Part shown: positions 48,584 to 58,691 of the stretch, piece after piece | How the letters are laid out: each line of letters begins with the position of its first letter | Position numbering within the stretch: position 1 is the stretch's first letter | NCBI GenBank assembly: GCA_048937405.1 | Contig: JBHLNF010000001.1 | Location: 480,001 to 544,000 of the forward strand | Origin: Promethearchaeota archaeon | Lineage (GTDB): Archaea > Asgardarchaeota > Lokiarchaeia > Sigyniarchaeales > SOKP01 | Direction of reading: 5' to 3' | Length of the DNA: 64,000 nt | The notes under the pieces: model-generated | The model's input: only the letters and a program-made list of their open reading frames with translations | The model's database searches: none | What the model was told of the DNA's origin: nothing | Program-made: the position numbers and the translations under genes

Positions 48584-49471
48584 TTAAGATTTAGTATCTT
48601 CAAGAAAGAAGTTAATTATCTCTTCAGCAATATTTATATCTGATACTTTTTGCAAAGCTGTAAAACCGGGAATTGAATTAACTTCGATTACAGAAAAACC
48701 TTTTTCACTTTCTAATATATCAACACCAGCTATTTTTGTTTTTGTTACTTTTGCTGCTTTAATAGCAAGGTTTTTTAATTCATTAGTTAATTCAATAGGT
48801 TCTGCTTTAGCACCCGCATAAATATTTGACTTCCAACTATCACTTACTCGATACATACCAGCGATAACTTTATTTCCTAATACTAAGATCCTAATATCTC
48901 GATTTTGATGCTCAATATATTCTTGTAAATAAAAAACATGGTTTAACTGACTAAGTGTATAAATCACGTTCTCTGCGAAAGCTTTATCATTCAATCTCGT
49001 TATACCAATTCCTTTTGAGCCATATAGAGGTTTTAAGATACAATCTCCCCCCAATTCATCAAAAGCCTTTAAAGCTTTGTTGGGATCTTCACAAATCATT
49101 GTTTTTGGTGTGGGAATTTGATATTTTTCTAAAAATATAGATGTTAAAAATTTATCACTTGCAATCTCTAATGATTCTCTTGAATTAATTAATTTAACAT
49201 CATACTCTTCAATAGCACTTAGTATATCAAGTCTAAAAAAAATCTTTTGAGTGGCTGCGGCACCAAAACCTCTTACTAATGCTGCTCTTGGCTCAAGAAA
49301 TTCAAAGTGTTTGGAAAATTTAGGATCGAATCCAATCCCAACTTTAATTGTTGATGGGATAAAAAAGTGAACCTTATAACCTCGATTTCTAAACTCACTA
49401 GAAAGAATTTGAACTTCAGGATCACCTGAATTTGGAGTAATTATCGTTATATTCTTTTCTTTCTTCATCAC
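48584..49471 (-). CDS. RimK-family ATP-grasp ligase (MptN/CofF-like alpha-glutamate ligase)
   Basis: DKFLT, KPLYGSKGIG, QEYI, DIR, GVDI, EVNSIPG. Confidence 0.88.
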   Translation of the reverse strand: MMKKEKNITIITPNSGDPEVQILSSEFRNRGYKVHFFIPSTIKVGIGFDPKFSKHFEFLEPRAALVRGFGAAATQKIFFRLDILSAIEEYDVKLINSRESLEIASDKFLTSIFLEKYQIPTPKTMICEDPNKALKAFDELGGDCILKPLYGSKGIGITRLNDKAFAENVIYTLSQLNHVFYLQEYIEHQNRDIRILVLGNKVIAGMYRVSDSWKSNIYAGAKAEPIELTNELKNLAIKAAKVTKTKIAGVDILESEKGFSVIEVNSIPGFTALQKVSDINIAEEIINFFLEDTKS

Positions 49472-49723
49472 TACTAAAAATCCCTTCTTTTAGCTTATTC
49501 ATAAATTTGTGAATAGCTTTTCAGAATAATCTATCAACTTATGAGAATATTCATTTGTATATATAAAGTAAAGGCAATCAGACTTTTTTATTAAACTATT
49601 CTCTAATTTATTTAATAGATTCTAATCATATCATACTTATATATTTAAGTCCTTCTATCTAATTAAAATAATAATTGTTAAAGTTCTTCAAAATTATTTC
49701 TTTGAAAAATAACAAAAAACTTA

Positions 49724-51127
49724 TTATAAATCTAAAACCCAGTCCAATATATTACTCTGACCAGGTAATTTACCTGTCTGTTTTATAAACTCTTGCAAAA
49801 TATACTTCTTTCTCTTTGAGACTGAAATAGTATAAGGAACATGAATCAAATAATAACCATCTTTGTTTAACTCTTTAAATAAATCTGCCTTAGCTCTGTC
49901 TCTCTCAAGTTGTTGATTCCAATCAAATCTGTATTCAGCATCAGTCTTATAAATTCCTTTTTCTTCATCTCTAGATCTAACCAACCTCAAAAAATCCTCA
50001 AAATAATAATGTTGTGGTCCTTGATGTTCAACCGCAATTCTAAATTCTTGACTTTTAATAATCGCAACACAGAACATGTCTATATGAACATTAGGATACC
50101 TTATTGATTCATAATTATTTCTTAATAATATTGCAGGATTCGGAAGAATTCTTGACAACTGAAAATCATACACAAAAGATGACGATGAAAAGCCTTGAAA
50201 GGCTTCTTGGAATGCTTCAAATGTCTGTTGCTGATCAATACTAGAATAACATTTGGGACAATATTGTTTGACTTTAGTTTTTTGGATTGCATAGTAAGCC
50301 CTCTCAAAAATAAATCCACAATCTAAATGCTTCCATCTGAGATTGATGTAAACATTTGAATCGGATTTGTAATTATCAGGATCTAGATTCTCCATTTTAT
50401 AAACTTCTAATAAATCTTTAAATTCAATCTCAGTTAATGGTTTGGTATCATCCTTAAACGATATAACTTTTAAACCTCGTTTACTAGCAAGTTGTATAAT
50501 ATTTTGATAATTTAGCTCGAGATTTTCATAATAACAATAACGACACCCTTCTATTAGATCAATACGTACTGAAAATTTATGATCATCATTTTTCTCACAA
50601 CGAACATCAACAACGGGAGCACGTGTCAAGCCCCCATTTTTTAATAACTCAAACCACTGAGTTGAAGTTGTCTCTAGAATTAATCCCTTATCAAAACAAT
50701 TCTTTTTAACACTATGATATGATGTCTTGATTCTACCGCAGGTCATATCATATGTTAGCTTCGCAATACTATGATCTGCAAAAATATCTTGAAAAATAAT
50801 TTTTGTATATTTTCTTATTGTGGTAAGAGAAGACCATCCCGTCTCTGACATAAGATCTCTAGGAGAATATAACCTTACTCCTGTCTTTGAATAATGTTGT
50901 AATTGCCTATAAATAAGTTGCCTTAGCTTATTCATTTTAGCTTTTTTAGATCTTATATAATCTTCTGATAGCCTATCACCCCCCTTCCGATTACTAACGT
51001 TAGGTTCAATATTAGGCTTTTTAAATTTATAATTATCTCCCAAATTAATATTACATGAACTTTTATATTTTTTTCTTTTTTCTTTTCGACAAGAAAAATC
51101 ATCTTGTTCATTTCTTCTATTAAACAT
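49724..51127 (-). CDS. Zinc-ribbon-repeat protein with C-terminal PD-(D/E)xK-like endonuclease domain
   Basis: C..(x)H.F...GCRYC and CGFIF...YCPKC repeats; HIDMF...IAVEHQGPQHY...RDRAK nuclease-like motif. Confidence 0.72.
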   Translation of the reverse strand: MFNRRNEQDDFSCRKEKRKKYKSSCNINLGDNYKFKKPNIEPNVSNRKGGDRLSEDYIRSKKAKMNKLRQLIYRQLQHYSKTGVRLYSPRDLMSETGWSSLTTIRKYTKIIFQDIFADHSIAKLTYDMTCGRIKTSYHSVKKNCFDKGLILETTSTQWFELLKNGGLTRAPVVDVRCEKNDDHKFSVRIDLIEGCRYCYYENLELNYQNIIQLASKRGLKVISFKDDTKPLTEIEFKDLLEVYKMENLDPDNYKSDSNVYINLRWKHLDCGFIFERAYYAIQKTKVKQYCPKCYSSIDQQQTFEAFQEAFQGFSSSSFVYDFQLSRILPNPAILLRNNYESIRYPNVHIDMFCVAIIKSQEFRIAVEHQGPQHYYFEDFLRLVRSRDEEKGIYKTDAEYRFDWNQQLERDRAKADLFKELNKDGYYLIHVPYTISVSKRKKYILQEFIKQTGKLPGQSNILDWVLDL

Positions 51128-51504
51128 AATATATATTCACTAATATTTTCAATTTTTATTTTTCTAGCATTGATTCAAGTTTTTGCTTTAATTATTTCAA
51201 TACAAAACTAAATTAAAAATTGAATGACACAGAGGATTTTTTTATTAATCTTTCTGTCTTATCTAGGGAAGTTGTTATGTAAATCTATAATTAATCACTC
51301 ATGGTGTTGACTTTTTGATGATGGTAACTCTAATATTTTCTTATTTCAATAAGAATTTTTTTCTAATTTCCTAGAAAGATCAATTCAGAGTCTTACTTCA
51401 ATGGAAATATAGTGTTAAAATAAAAAGAATGTTAACTCAATGAATTTCTATTTAAGGGAAATTACGTTGGATAGAAAAAGGTAAAAAAACCTTATAAGTA
51501 GATT

Positions 51505-52593
51505 TTAGGATTGCTTCAGTTTTCTACTTATAAGAATTGCTATAAAAGAAAAAATACCAAACAGAAAGAAAAGATTGTATCCTGAAATTAGTCCATTTTC
51601 TCTACCACAATCATTATTCTTGATATTATTATTAGCTCCACCATATTCATCTGTGATGCAATAATCGTTTCCTAATAATATGTTTCCCGTAATGGTGTTA
51701 TTATTACTATTAGCTAAAAATAATCCATATTGATTATCATTTGTAATATTTCCCGAAATTGTGTTATTATTACTAGACGATAAATGTATCCCAACAAAAC
51801 TATTATTCGCGATGTTTCCCGAGATAATGTTATTATTAGAATGAGATAAAGAAATTGACCTCCCACCAAGATTATCATTTGCGGTATTTCTAGAGAGAGA
51901 ATTATTATTGCATTCCCCTAAAATTATCCCATCAAGATTATTATTTGCGATATTTCCCGAGATAGTGTTATTATCACATGCACCTAAAATTAACCCAAAA
52001 TAAATATTGTTATTTACAGTGTTTCCCGAGATATTGTTATAATCACAAAAGCTTCCATATATCCCATTTCGATTATTATTTGCAATGTTTCCCAAAATGG
52101 AATTATTATAACTATTTAATAAATATATACCCTCATAAAAGCCATTAGAACAATTGTTCTCAATTAATTGGGCGTTTGTAACATTTAATAATCGAATTCC
52201 TTGATTAGAATAATCTCCTGAATTATAGAGCGTACAATTTTCAATCCTAAAATATACATTGGAATTCTCAATTATGATGCCACTTGTTCTTCCTCCCACA
52301 TTGATTACCAAATCTTCTATTATGTAAGGATCTGAATAAGTACCTGAACCTGTACAAATTCCTGCTTCTTTTGCAACAGACCAATTAAAGCTTGGATTGA
52401 TATCATCAATATAAATCGGTCCCGATACAGCGGAAATCTTTAAATTTTTATGAACAAATTGATCAATATAATTCGAACTTGTATTGTATTCTCTGTTTTT
52501 ATTTATAGGGTTATAGATAAAAAGAGGTGAAACAACGAAAAAGATCCCTAAAACTAATAAAATTATTAATTTTGGATTTAAAGTTGATTTCAT
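51505..52593 (-). CDS. Secreted right-handed beta-helix (NosD/CASH) protein with a Loki-CTERM-like anchor
   Basis: Signal helix, GSGTYSDPYIIE, many NNTISGN.ANNN repeats, ISGYNLFFL..TM..RKLK tail. Confidence 0.88.
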   Translation of the reverse strand: MKSTLNPKLIILLVLGIFFVVSPLFIYNPINKNREYNTSSNYIDQFVHKNLKISAVSGPIYIDDINPSFNWSVAKEAGICTGSGTYSDPYIIEDLVINVGGRTSGIIIENSNVYFRIENCTLYNSGDYSNQGIRLLNVTNAQLIENNCSNGFYEGIYLLNSYNNSILGNIANNNRNGIYGSFCDYNNISGNTVNNNIYFGLILGACDNNTISGNIANNNLDGIILGECNNNSLSRNTANDNLGGRSISLSHSNNNIISGNIANNSFVGIHLSSSNNNTISGNITNDNQYGLFLANSNNNTITGNILLGNDYCITDEYGGANNNIKNNDCGRENGLISGYNLFFLFGIFSFIAILISRKLKQS

Positions 52594-52860
52594 TCTGATT
52601 TCATTTATTTTTGATAAATTATATTGAAAAAAAAAAAGATTAGATATTATTTAAGATTAACTTAAGATATTTAGTATATTGACTTATTTTAGATTCATGG
52701 AATATATCAGATCCAAATACCTAATTTTAAGAATAACATGATCGAGTCTTTTCAAATTTTGTAAGTGATTTAATTCCATTTTAATTTCACTAAAAAATAA
52801 ATTACTTAATTAATCTATACCACTCATTTTTAAATAAATTTAAGTTCTTGTAAAACATAT

Positions 52861-53481
52861 ATGAAATCAATGGTTGCTAAAGACAGTGAAAGTGAAATTG
52901 AGAAATTATCACAGATGCTTAGTAAATTACAAGAGATCTATTATAAAAAAAAAGAGCAACTCACAGAATTAGAATTGGAAATAAATGAATTAAGAGAAGT
53001 TATAAATTTTTTAGGGTCTCTAATATCCGGAAAATCATTTCACAGAGCAGATGAGCTTTACTCAAAAGAAATTCTTAATAAGACAAGCATTTCTGATGAA
53101 GACCAATATTTTGTAGAAGAAATACCTAAAAAGAAAGTTGAAGGAACAAATATAAAAAGGAAGATTTTTTCCAAAAGAAAAGGGAAGGATGATGAGTTGT
53201 TATGCATCTTAAATTTCTATGACCTTAATAATGTAAAGATAAAGATAATCAATCCCGTTAAAAGAAAGATAAAGGAAACTTCTGAAGACTTTATACATAT
53301 TTTTTTAAAAGGAGGACTTATTAAAATTAAAGAAAATAATCCAGATCTTACCTTAAAATATGAACACTTTAAAAATACTGAATTTATCGAACAAATTAAT
53401 ATTAATAATTTAAGAACGATAAATGAGTATGACATTATTACCTCAAAAATGAGAGAACTTTTGGCAAAAGAAATTGAATAA
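52861..53481 (+). CDS. Hypothetical protein with N-terminal coiled coil
   Basis: Heptad-rich N-terminus followed by SFHRADELY. Confidence 0.75.
   Translation: MKSMVAKDSESEIEKLSQMLSKLQEIYYKKKEQLTELELEINELREVINFLGSLISGKSFHRADELYSKEILNKTSISDEDQYFVEEIPKKKVEGTNIKRKIFSKRKGKDDELLCILNFYDLNNVKIKIINPVKRKIKETSEDFIHIFLKGGLIKIKENNPDLTLKYEHFKNTEFIEQININNLRTINEYDIITSKMRELLAKEIE
53439..53475 (+). repeat. 37-bp direct repeat, copy 1 (3' end of the 52861-53481 gene)
   Basis: TACCTCAAAAATGAGAGAACTTTTGGCAAAAGAAATT; 36/37 identical to 55781-55817. Confidence 0.92.
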
Positions 53482-53832
53482 TTAACTTGAACCTTCTCCC
53501 TTGTTTTTATCTGTTTAAAATAATTTAAATTGAAAAATTTGAAATCATTGAATTAAATAAATTTTAAATAATTAGTTTCAAATTTAAGAAAAATAGAGAT
53601 TAAATTTAGTCTATAGGAATAAAACAGAGCAAATTGATTAATTTGATAAATATTAAAGTCAATTATTTTTCTATCTTTTTCTCTATTTCTTTCATTAGAC
53701 TCAATAAGAAAATATAACTAAAAAACTGGACTACATATTTCTTTAATATGTATTCACTTGATATTTAAATAACTTGCATTTCAAAAATTTGAACTAGAAT
53801 AATATTCTTATATCTAAAAAGTGAAAACTCAC

Positions 53833-55596
53833 ATGAAAAAGAGATATATGATATTTTTTATTTTCATTAGTTTTTTTATATTAAATTCATTAAAAAGTCG
53901 ATTAAATACTGCTGATATTTCATGTCTAAATTTCAAAATAAGAAATGATTATGGAGTGTATTTTGGCAATAATGAAGATCATGGTATTCTCCAAATTTCT
54001 AATACTGTTATAACTTTTGTGCCGAAAGGCTCAGTATGGTATGATGGCTCAACAATAATGTATGGTGCTGCTATACTTGGCTATACTAATGTAAGTGGAC
54101 TTAGCTGGTTTCAAGGTGGGATGAATGAAAAGGGATTAGCATATGATTCAACATCTGTCCCTCACACAACACCAAATTATCATAGTGAGAGACCGCAGAA
54201 TTTAGTACCAGAATTATTCAGTTGTGAAACAATAACTGAAGTTATTGATTATAAATTATCACATGGAGTTTATCAACAAGAGGGGAGCATTCAATCTATG
54301 TTTCTTGATGTCACAGGGGAATCTGTAGTGTTCAACATAGGATTAGATGGTGAATTTGATTTTTTCCGTAATAATGACACTTTTCAATTAGCTTCTAATT
54401 ATTATTTTAATAATACTTCACGAGGTAATCCAAGTTCAGATGCAATTAGAAGATATAATGCTGCGGAACAAAAACTTAAAGATATTAATGTAAATTATTC
54501 GATATCAATAGACTCTATCACAAATGTTTTAGATGCAGCTCATTTTGAAGGACCACTTGTAAATACCTTATATTCGAATATTTTTGATGTAGAAAACGGC
54601 ATCATTTATCTATATTTTTTTCATCAATTTGGAGAAGTTGTAACATTAGATCTTGAAGAAGAATTAGCGAAAGGATGGCATTCTTATCGAATTTGTGATT
54701 TGTTTTCACAGGATCTTGTAGATAAAGCATTAAATGAATATCACAATTATTCAATTTTGATACGTTTTTTTCCAACGGATATAGCATTTTTATTTGTGAT
54801 TATTATGTTTGATATAATTATTTGTATATACTCAGTATTTCTAATTATTAAGAGATTATTCCATAAAATCGATAAGTCTAAGCAAGAATATAGGCTTAAA
54901 ACGGATATGGACACATCTAAAGGACTACGTTGCCAAATTTTTATTTCCTTAGGTATAATTTGGTCTTTTTTAAGCTTCTCGATGATCTATTGGAATCATT
55001 CTGGAGAATGGTGGCCATTTTTTGATGATATTCCTATTTTGCAATTGCCTCTCCTACCCTTTTATGCCTTTCATAATTTCTTCCTATTAATTAGTATACT
55101 AAGCATTTTTTTAATTGCCTTTCTATTATATTCATTTAGCAACAAAGGAGAGTTAATTTTATTAATAAAAAGTGGTTTAACTCTTGGACAAGAGAACAAA
55201 TGGAAACATATAGTTAACTTTAGTATTCCAATATTAATCGGTATTGTATTTCTCATCCTAGAACTATTCAACTTCATTTCTAAGGTAGATTGGCTCATGT
55301 TCATAATAATGTATCCTTTAATAGTAGTTATGTTAATGATCCTCATTCCATTAGCCAAAAAGAAGTCAGTTAAAGACCAAAATGAACCTAAAGATAGATC
55401 AAGGATATATCTGATAAAAACAAGTGTTTTTCTAATTTTAACATGGGCAATTTGGTTTTTACCACTTCTTTTAACGGGAATCTTGGATCATATGTATATT
55501 TTATTACTGTTGAACTTATCTATATCTTTAGTTATTGTTACCTGTATTGAAATTTTTATTAATTATCGAAAGCATAGAGAAAATAGTAGCAGATAA
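53833..55596 (+). CDS. Ntn-hydrolase (choloylglycine hydrolase/C45-like) domain with a multi-pass C-terminal membrane region
   Basis: Signal peptide, then C-LNF...YFGNNED (N-terminal nucleophile Cys), GGMNEKGL, RY, TLYSNIFD; about 7 TM helices. Confidence 0.78.
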   Translation: MKKRYMIFFIFISFFILNSLKSRLNTADISCLNFKIRNDYGVYFGNNEDHGILQISNTVITFVPKGSVWYDGSTIMYGAAILGYTNVSGLSWFQGGMNEKGLAYDSTSVPHTTPNYHSERPQNLVPELFSCETITEVIDYKLSHGVYQQEGSIQSMFLDVTGESVVFNIGLDGEFDFFRNNDTFQLASNYYFNNTSRGNPSSDAIRRYNAAEQKLKDINVNYSISIDSITNVLDAAHFEGPLVNTLYSNIFDVENGIIYLYFFHQFGEVVTLDLEEELAKGWHSYRICDLFSQDLVDKALNEYHNYSILIRFFPTDIAFLFVIIMFDIIICIYSVFLIIKRLFHKIDKSKQEYRLKTDMDTSKGLRCQIFISLGIIWSFLSFSMIYWNHSGEWWPFFDDIPILQLPLLPFYAFHNFFLLISILSIFLIAFLLYSFSNKGELILLIKSGLTLGQENKWKHIVNFSIPILIGIVFLILELFNFISKVDWLMFIIMYPLIVVMLMILIPLAKKKSVKDQNEPKDRSRIYLIKTSVFLILTWAIWFLPLLLTGILDHMYILLLLNLSISLVIVTCIEIFINYRKHRENSSR

Positions 55597-55780
55597 TTAT
55601 TCTCTATTATTCTTTTCTTTTTTTTTCCCATTTTTCTTTTTACCATCCTAAAGAATTATTGTTAAATTAGTAATTCATTATAGAAAAAGTAAAATAATAG
55701 TACCAAGTCAACTTCTAACATAATGGCTAATTATTCCTAGGAATAAGTTTCGAGTTTTATTGTATTGTATATAATATTAT

Positions 55781-55817
55781 TACCTCAAAAATGAGAGAAC
55801 TTTTAGCAAAAGAAATT
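55781..55817 (+). repeat. 37-bp direct repeat, copy 2 (displaced gene end continuing ...KEISSIT*)
   Basis: TACCTCAAAAATGAGAGAACTTTTAGCAAAAGAAATT. Confidence 0.92.
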
Positions 55818-56003
55818 AGTTCCATTACTTAGATTTTCAATAATAAACCTTATAATTTTCGAGAAGAATTAATTCCGGTTAATTTAAATTAATAAGCATA
55901 AAATTATATTAAGATATTATATTGTTTTATTTAAATAAGAAAAATTAATTATACAGCAATTCTTATATATTTTATCGTTATTATCGTAAGGAGTGTTTTA
56001 ATT

Positions 56004-56816
56004 TTGGCAAAGAAAAAGACATGGCTACAAATGCCTATAATCCACTCGAAGTTTCATGATGAAAAGCTAGAGAGCGTACTAATTGAAAAATCTTTAGAAT
56101 TTTTAACTGGTGAAAAAGCTGAACCCCCCTCATTTCTGTTTCTTTCAGGAGCATTTTTTGATGTAAAATCTTTCGCTTACTCAGGATTGAGAGCATGGAA
56201 GGGGGCGGTAAAACCATCAGAAGCTAATGGTGGCAGAAGACCTGTATTAGAAGCTACTTTTGCTTCATTATCGGTATATTTAAGTTCATTACTGGCTCTT
56301 CAAGCAGATTTTTATTTTGCGTTTGATGAAATAAAAGAAATTTTATTAGAAAAAAAAAGAGAAGATCTCTGGACTATAGTCTCTGAAAAATTACCATTCA
56401 TTTCAATACCTCCAAAAGAAATGTATGGATCACAAGTATCTCCAATTTCTCCTTATTTCATAATTAAACAAGATGAAGAACTTACATTAGGAGAAATTTA
56501 CCCTTCTGCATATTTATCTCAGATTATTAAGAATATTAAAACAAGATTTTTTGTTTTTTACCAATATCAGGGATACTCCGCTTTTGGTTTCTTTAATGCA
56601 CTCCCTGAACTTAGTAAATTTGGATTTGAGGAACAAGCAAGGGAATTCAATGGAGATCCTACAGCAGAAAATTTAATAAAATATTCTCAAAAAGCAAAGA
56701 ATGTAAAAGAAATCCTAGTAGCGCTTATTAATGCACACAATAACGCTTTACTCGAACAATTCTTAATTCCTGATTATGAATTACTATTAAATAAATTATT
56801 AGAGGGTGAAGCATAA
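56004..56816 (+). CDS. Hypothetical protein, tightly coupled to the small GTPase gene
   Basis: 270-aa ORF; AAGGAG SD upstream; stop is 3 nt before the GTPase ATG. Confidence 0.78.
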   Translation: MAKKKTWLQMPIIHSKFHDEKLESVLIEKSLEFLTGEKAEPPSFLFLSGAFFDVKSFAYSGLRAWKGAVKPSEANGGRRPVLEATFASLSVYLSSLLALQADFYFAFDEIKEILLEKKREDLWTIVSEKLPFISIPPKEMYGSQVSPISPYFIIKQDEELTLGEIYPSAYLSQIIKNIKTRFFVFYQYQGYSAFGFFNALPELSKFGFEEQAREFNGDPTAENLIKYSQKAKNVKEILVALINAHNNALLEQFLIPDYELLLNKLLEGEA

Positions 56817-56819
56817 AAA

Positions 56820-57455
56820 ATGGTAAACATCGGACTATTAGGTGATGTCAGCGTAGGAAAAACTAGTATTCTTCGATTATTTGTTAGATATTTAAAAAAA
56901 GGAGACATTGAAAAGGTTAAAGGTGGAACTAAATGTTCTGTGGTTAAAGCAGATTTTTCTGGAGAAGCAACGGTTCCTGGAGGAGAAAAAGAAGATGCCC
57001 TTAACGAGAAAGAAACAAAAACAATTCATCCAAATAGAATTGTATTTAGGGAGGATGCAACAAATAAAGCCCATACTATTTTTGCACCTGGAGGAGATAG
57101 AGCACGTGCAGTAGTGAAAATGGGTATAATTACAATTTCACGTATCGCGACCCAAATCATAGCGGTTTTTTCTCTTGATAGAGACCTTAAGCCTCAGTTT
57201 GAATTTTTCAATGATGTTAGATTCTTCCCTGACAAAATTTACATTTGTATAAATAAAATTGATTTAGTTAAGGGAGATAAAGAGAAAAAACTTGAAGAAG
57301 TGAAAAAGAAAATAGATGAATTTTTTAAAGCTCGAAAAATAGTCATCAATGATACATTTATAACATGTGGTGAGACAATAGAAGGATTTGATGATGTTGA
57401 AACCTATAATAACCAAGTTGCAGAAATGATTCTAGAAATTACTACCAAGAATTAA
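56820..57455 (+). CDS. Atypical small GTPase (Ras superfamily / MglA-like)
   Basis: G1 GDVSVGKTS and G4 NKID; G3 position reads FAPGG instead of DxxG. Confidence 0.8.
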   Translation: MVNIGLLGDVSVGKTSILRLFVRYLKKGDIEKVKGGTKCSVVKADFSGEATVPGGEKEDALNEKETKTIHPNRIVFREDATNKAHTIFAPGGDRARAVVKMGIITISRIATQIIAVFSLDRDLKPQFEFFNDVRFFPDKIYICINKIDLVKGDKEKKLEEVKKKIDEFFKARKIVINDTFITCGETIEGFDDVETYNNQVAEMILEITTKN

Positions 57456-57498
57456 TTTCTTATTCTCTTAATTTTAAGATATTTACAACTATCTTTTT

Positions 57499-58014
57499 TC
57501 AATTTTTTAATTTTAATGCAATTTTCAAAAATAATTTCTCTAGATCAAGTAGATATCCGATTAAAGGAGTTAAGCTAACTTTATTTAAAAGTTTATTAAT
57601 GATAACAAATCCTTTTTTTTCTAATTCTTTAAGATCTTCTAAAACACCTTTTTTTTTTCGCAATTCTTTTATTTTTTGAATAGTAGTTTCTCCTGTACTA
57701 TTAAAACAGCTTATCATGGTACAGTACAATGTGGCAGCTAATCTAGGGTTTCCTTCAAAAGGGTTTGCTGATATAATTTCTGTTGTTTCGGGATCAAAAG
57801 AAATATACCAATAAGAATTCAAGGGATTAAATCTTACTTGAAGTCCTAAAGGTTTAAGATAATTTGAAAGATTAGTTATTAAATTTTGAAAGTAAATCGA
57901 TTTATTTCTATCTTTAATATTTAAATTTTTAAGAATGACTTTTTTAGTAGCTCCAATTTGATAAATATCTGTTTTTTTACTTAATAAATGCAATAAAACT
58001 GTTATTTCATTCAT
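57499..58014 (-). CDS. KITE/ScpB-like tandem winged-helix protein
   Basis: Two wHTH-like halves (LSNYLKPLGLQV; LAATL...LEDLKELEKKGFV...LTP); last gene of the SMC operon; AGGAGG SD before the ATG at 58014. Confidence 0.6.
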   Translation of the reverse strand: MNEITVLLHLLSKKTDIYQIGATKKVILKNLNIKDRNKSIYFQNLITNLSNYLKPLGLQVRFNPLNSYWYISFDPETTEIISANPFEGNPRLAATLYCTMISCFNSTGETTIQKIKELRKKKGVLEDLKELEKKGFVIINKLLNKVSLTPLIGYLLDLEKLFLKIALKLKN

Positions 58015-58030
58015 TTGTAGTTCAATCCTC

Positions 58031-58678
58031 CTATAAATATAAAGTGTTAGTGTTTTTTTCATATTTTATTTTGTCTAATTGAAGTAAATGTAAGAGATAT
58101 ACAAAATTTTCAAAAATTTTCATTTGATCAACTTCATCTTCAAAAATTAATTCATATGAACAAGGTAGTTTACTTTTAATACTGTTAAAAAAAGCCATCA
58201 TTTTATCAGTAAATTGTTTTTCTGGTATTTCTAATAAAAAAGTTTCTTTTAACTTAATTTTTTCAATAGGTTCAATCTTTAATGCTTCTACTTTATTATG
58301 TACTAATCGTTCTTTTGAATTTTCAAGGAATTGCAGTGAAAGAGTGTCAATAGTAAAAGGTTCTCTCCAACAATCCTCAAAAACTTGATAAATTTCCAGA
58401 TCTTTTGGATTTGATTGTAAGAATTTTAAAAATTTATCTTGATTATCCAAATAACTAAGGAAGATTTTTAATTCTTCAAATTTTTGAATAAGCAGTTGAA
58501 ATGCATTTTCATAAGTATTTGAATACTTATTTATGTTATAAATCGTAAGAGAATCCTTTAAATTCTCAAATAACGATACTAATTCTACATCTAAAAGAGA
58601 GATCTCACCAGATAGGACCTTATTCTTAATAAGTTCAATCTTATTATTTATTTCTTCAGAAAAGTCTTTATATTCCAT
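58031..58678 (-). CDS. Kleisin/ScpA-like protein
   Basis: N-terminal GEISLLDVELV (compare ScpA G.ID..DI.I) and C-terminal cap-like FVYLLHLLQLDKI (compare F.ALL.L...GKI); directly after SMC. Confidence 0.7.
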   Translation of the reverse strand: MEYKDFSEEINNKIELIKNKVLSGEISLLDVELVSLFENLKDSLTIYNINKYSNTYENAFQLLIQKFEELKIFLSYLDNQDKFLKFLQSNPKDLEIYQVFEDCWREPFTIDTLSLQFLENSKERLVHNKVEALKIEPIEKIKLKETFLLEIPEKQFTDKMMAFFNSIKSKLPCSYELIFEDEVDQMKIFENFVYLLHLLQLDKIKYEKNTNTLYL

Positions 58679-58691
58679 TCTCCTTCAAAAT

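Noticed and set aside
51680-52120. Periodic TTTCCCGA/TTATTATT repeats as a CRISPR array or tandem DNA repeat
   Set aside because: They are the codon footprint of NNTISGN beta-helix repeats within the NosD-like CDS.
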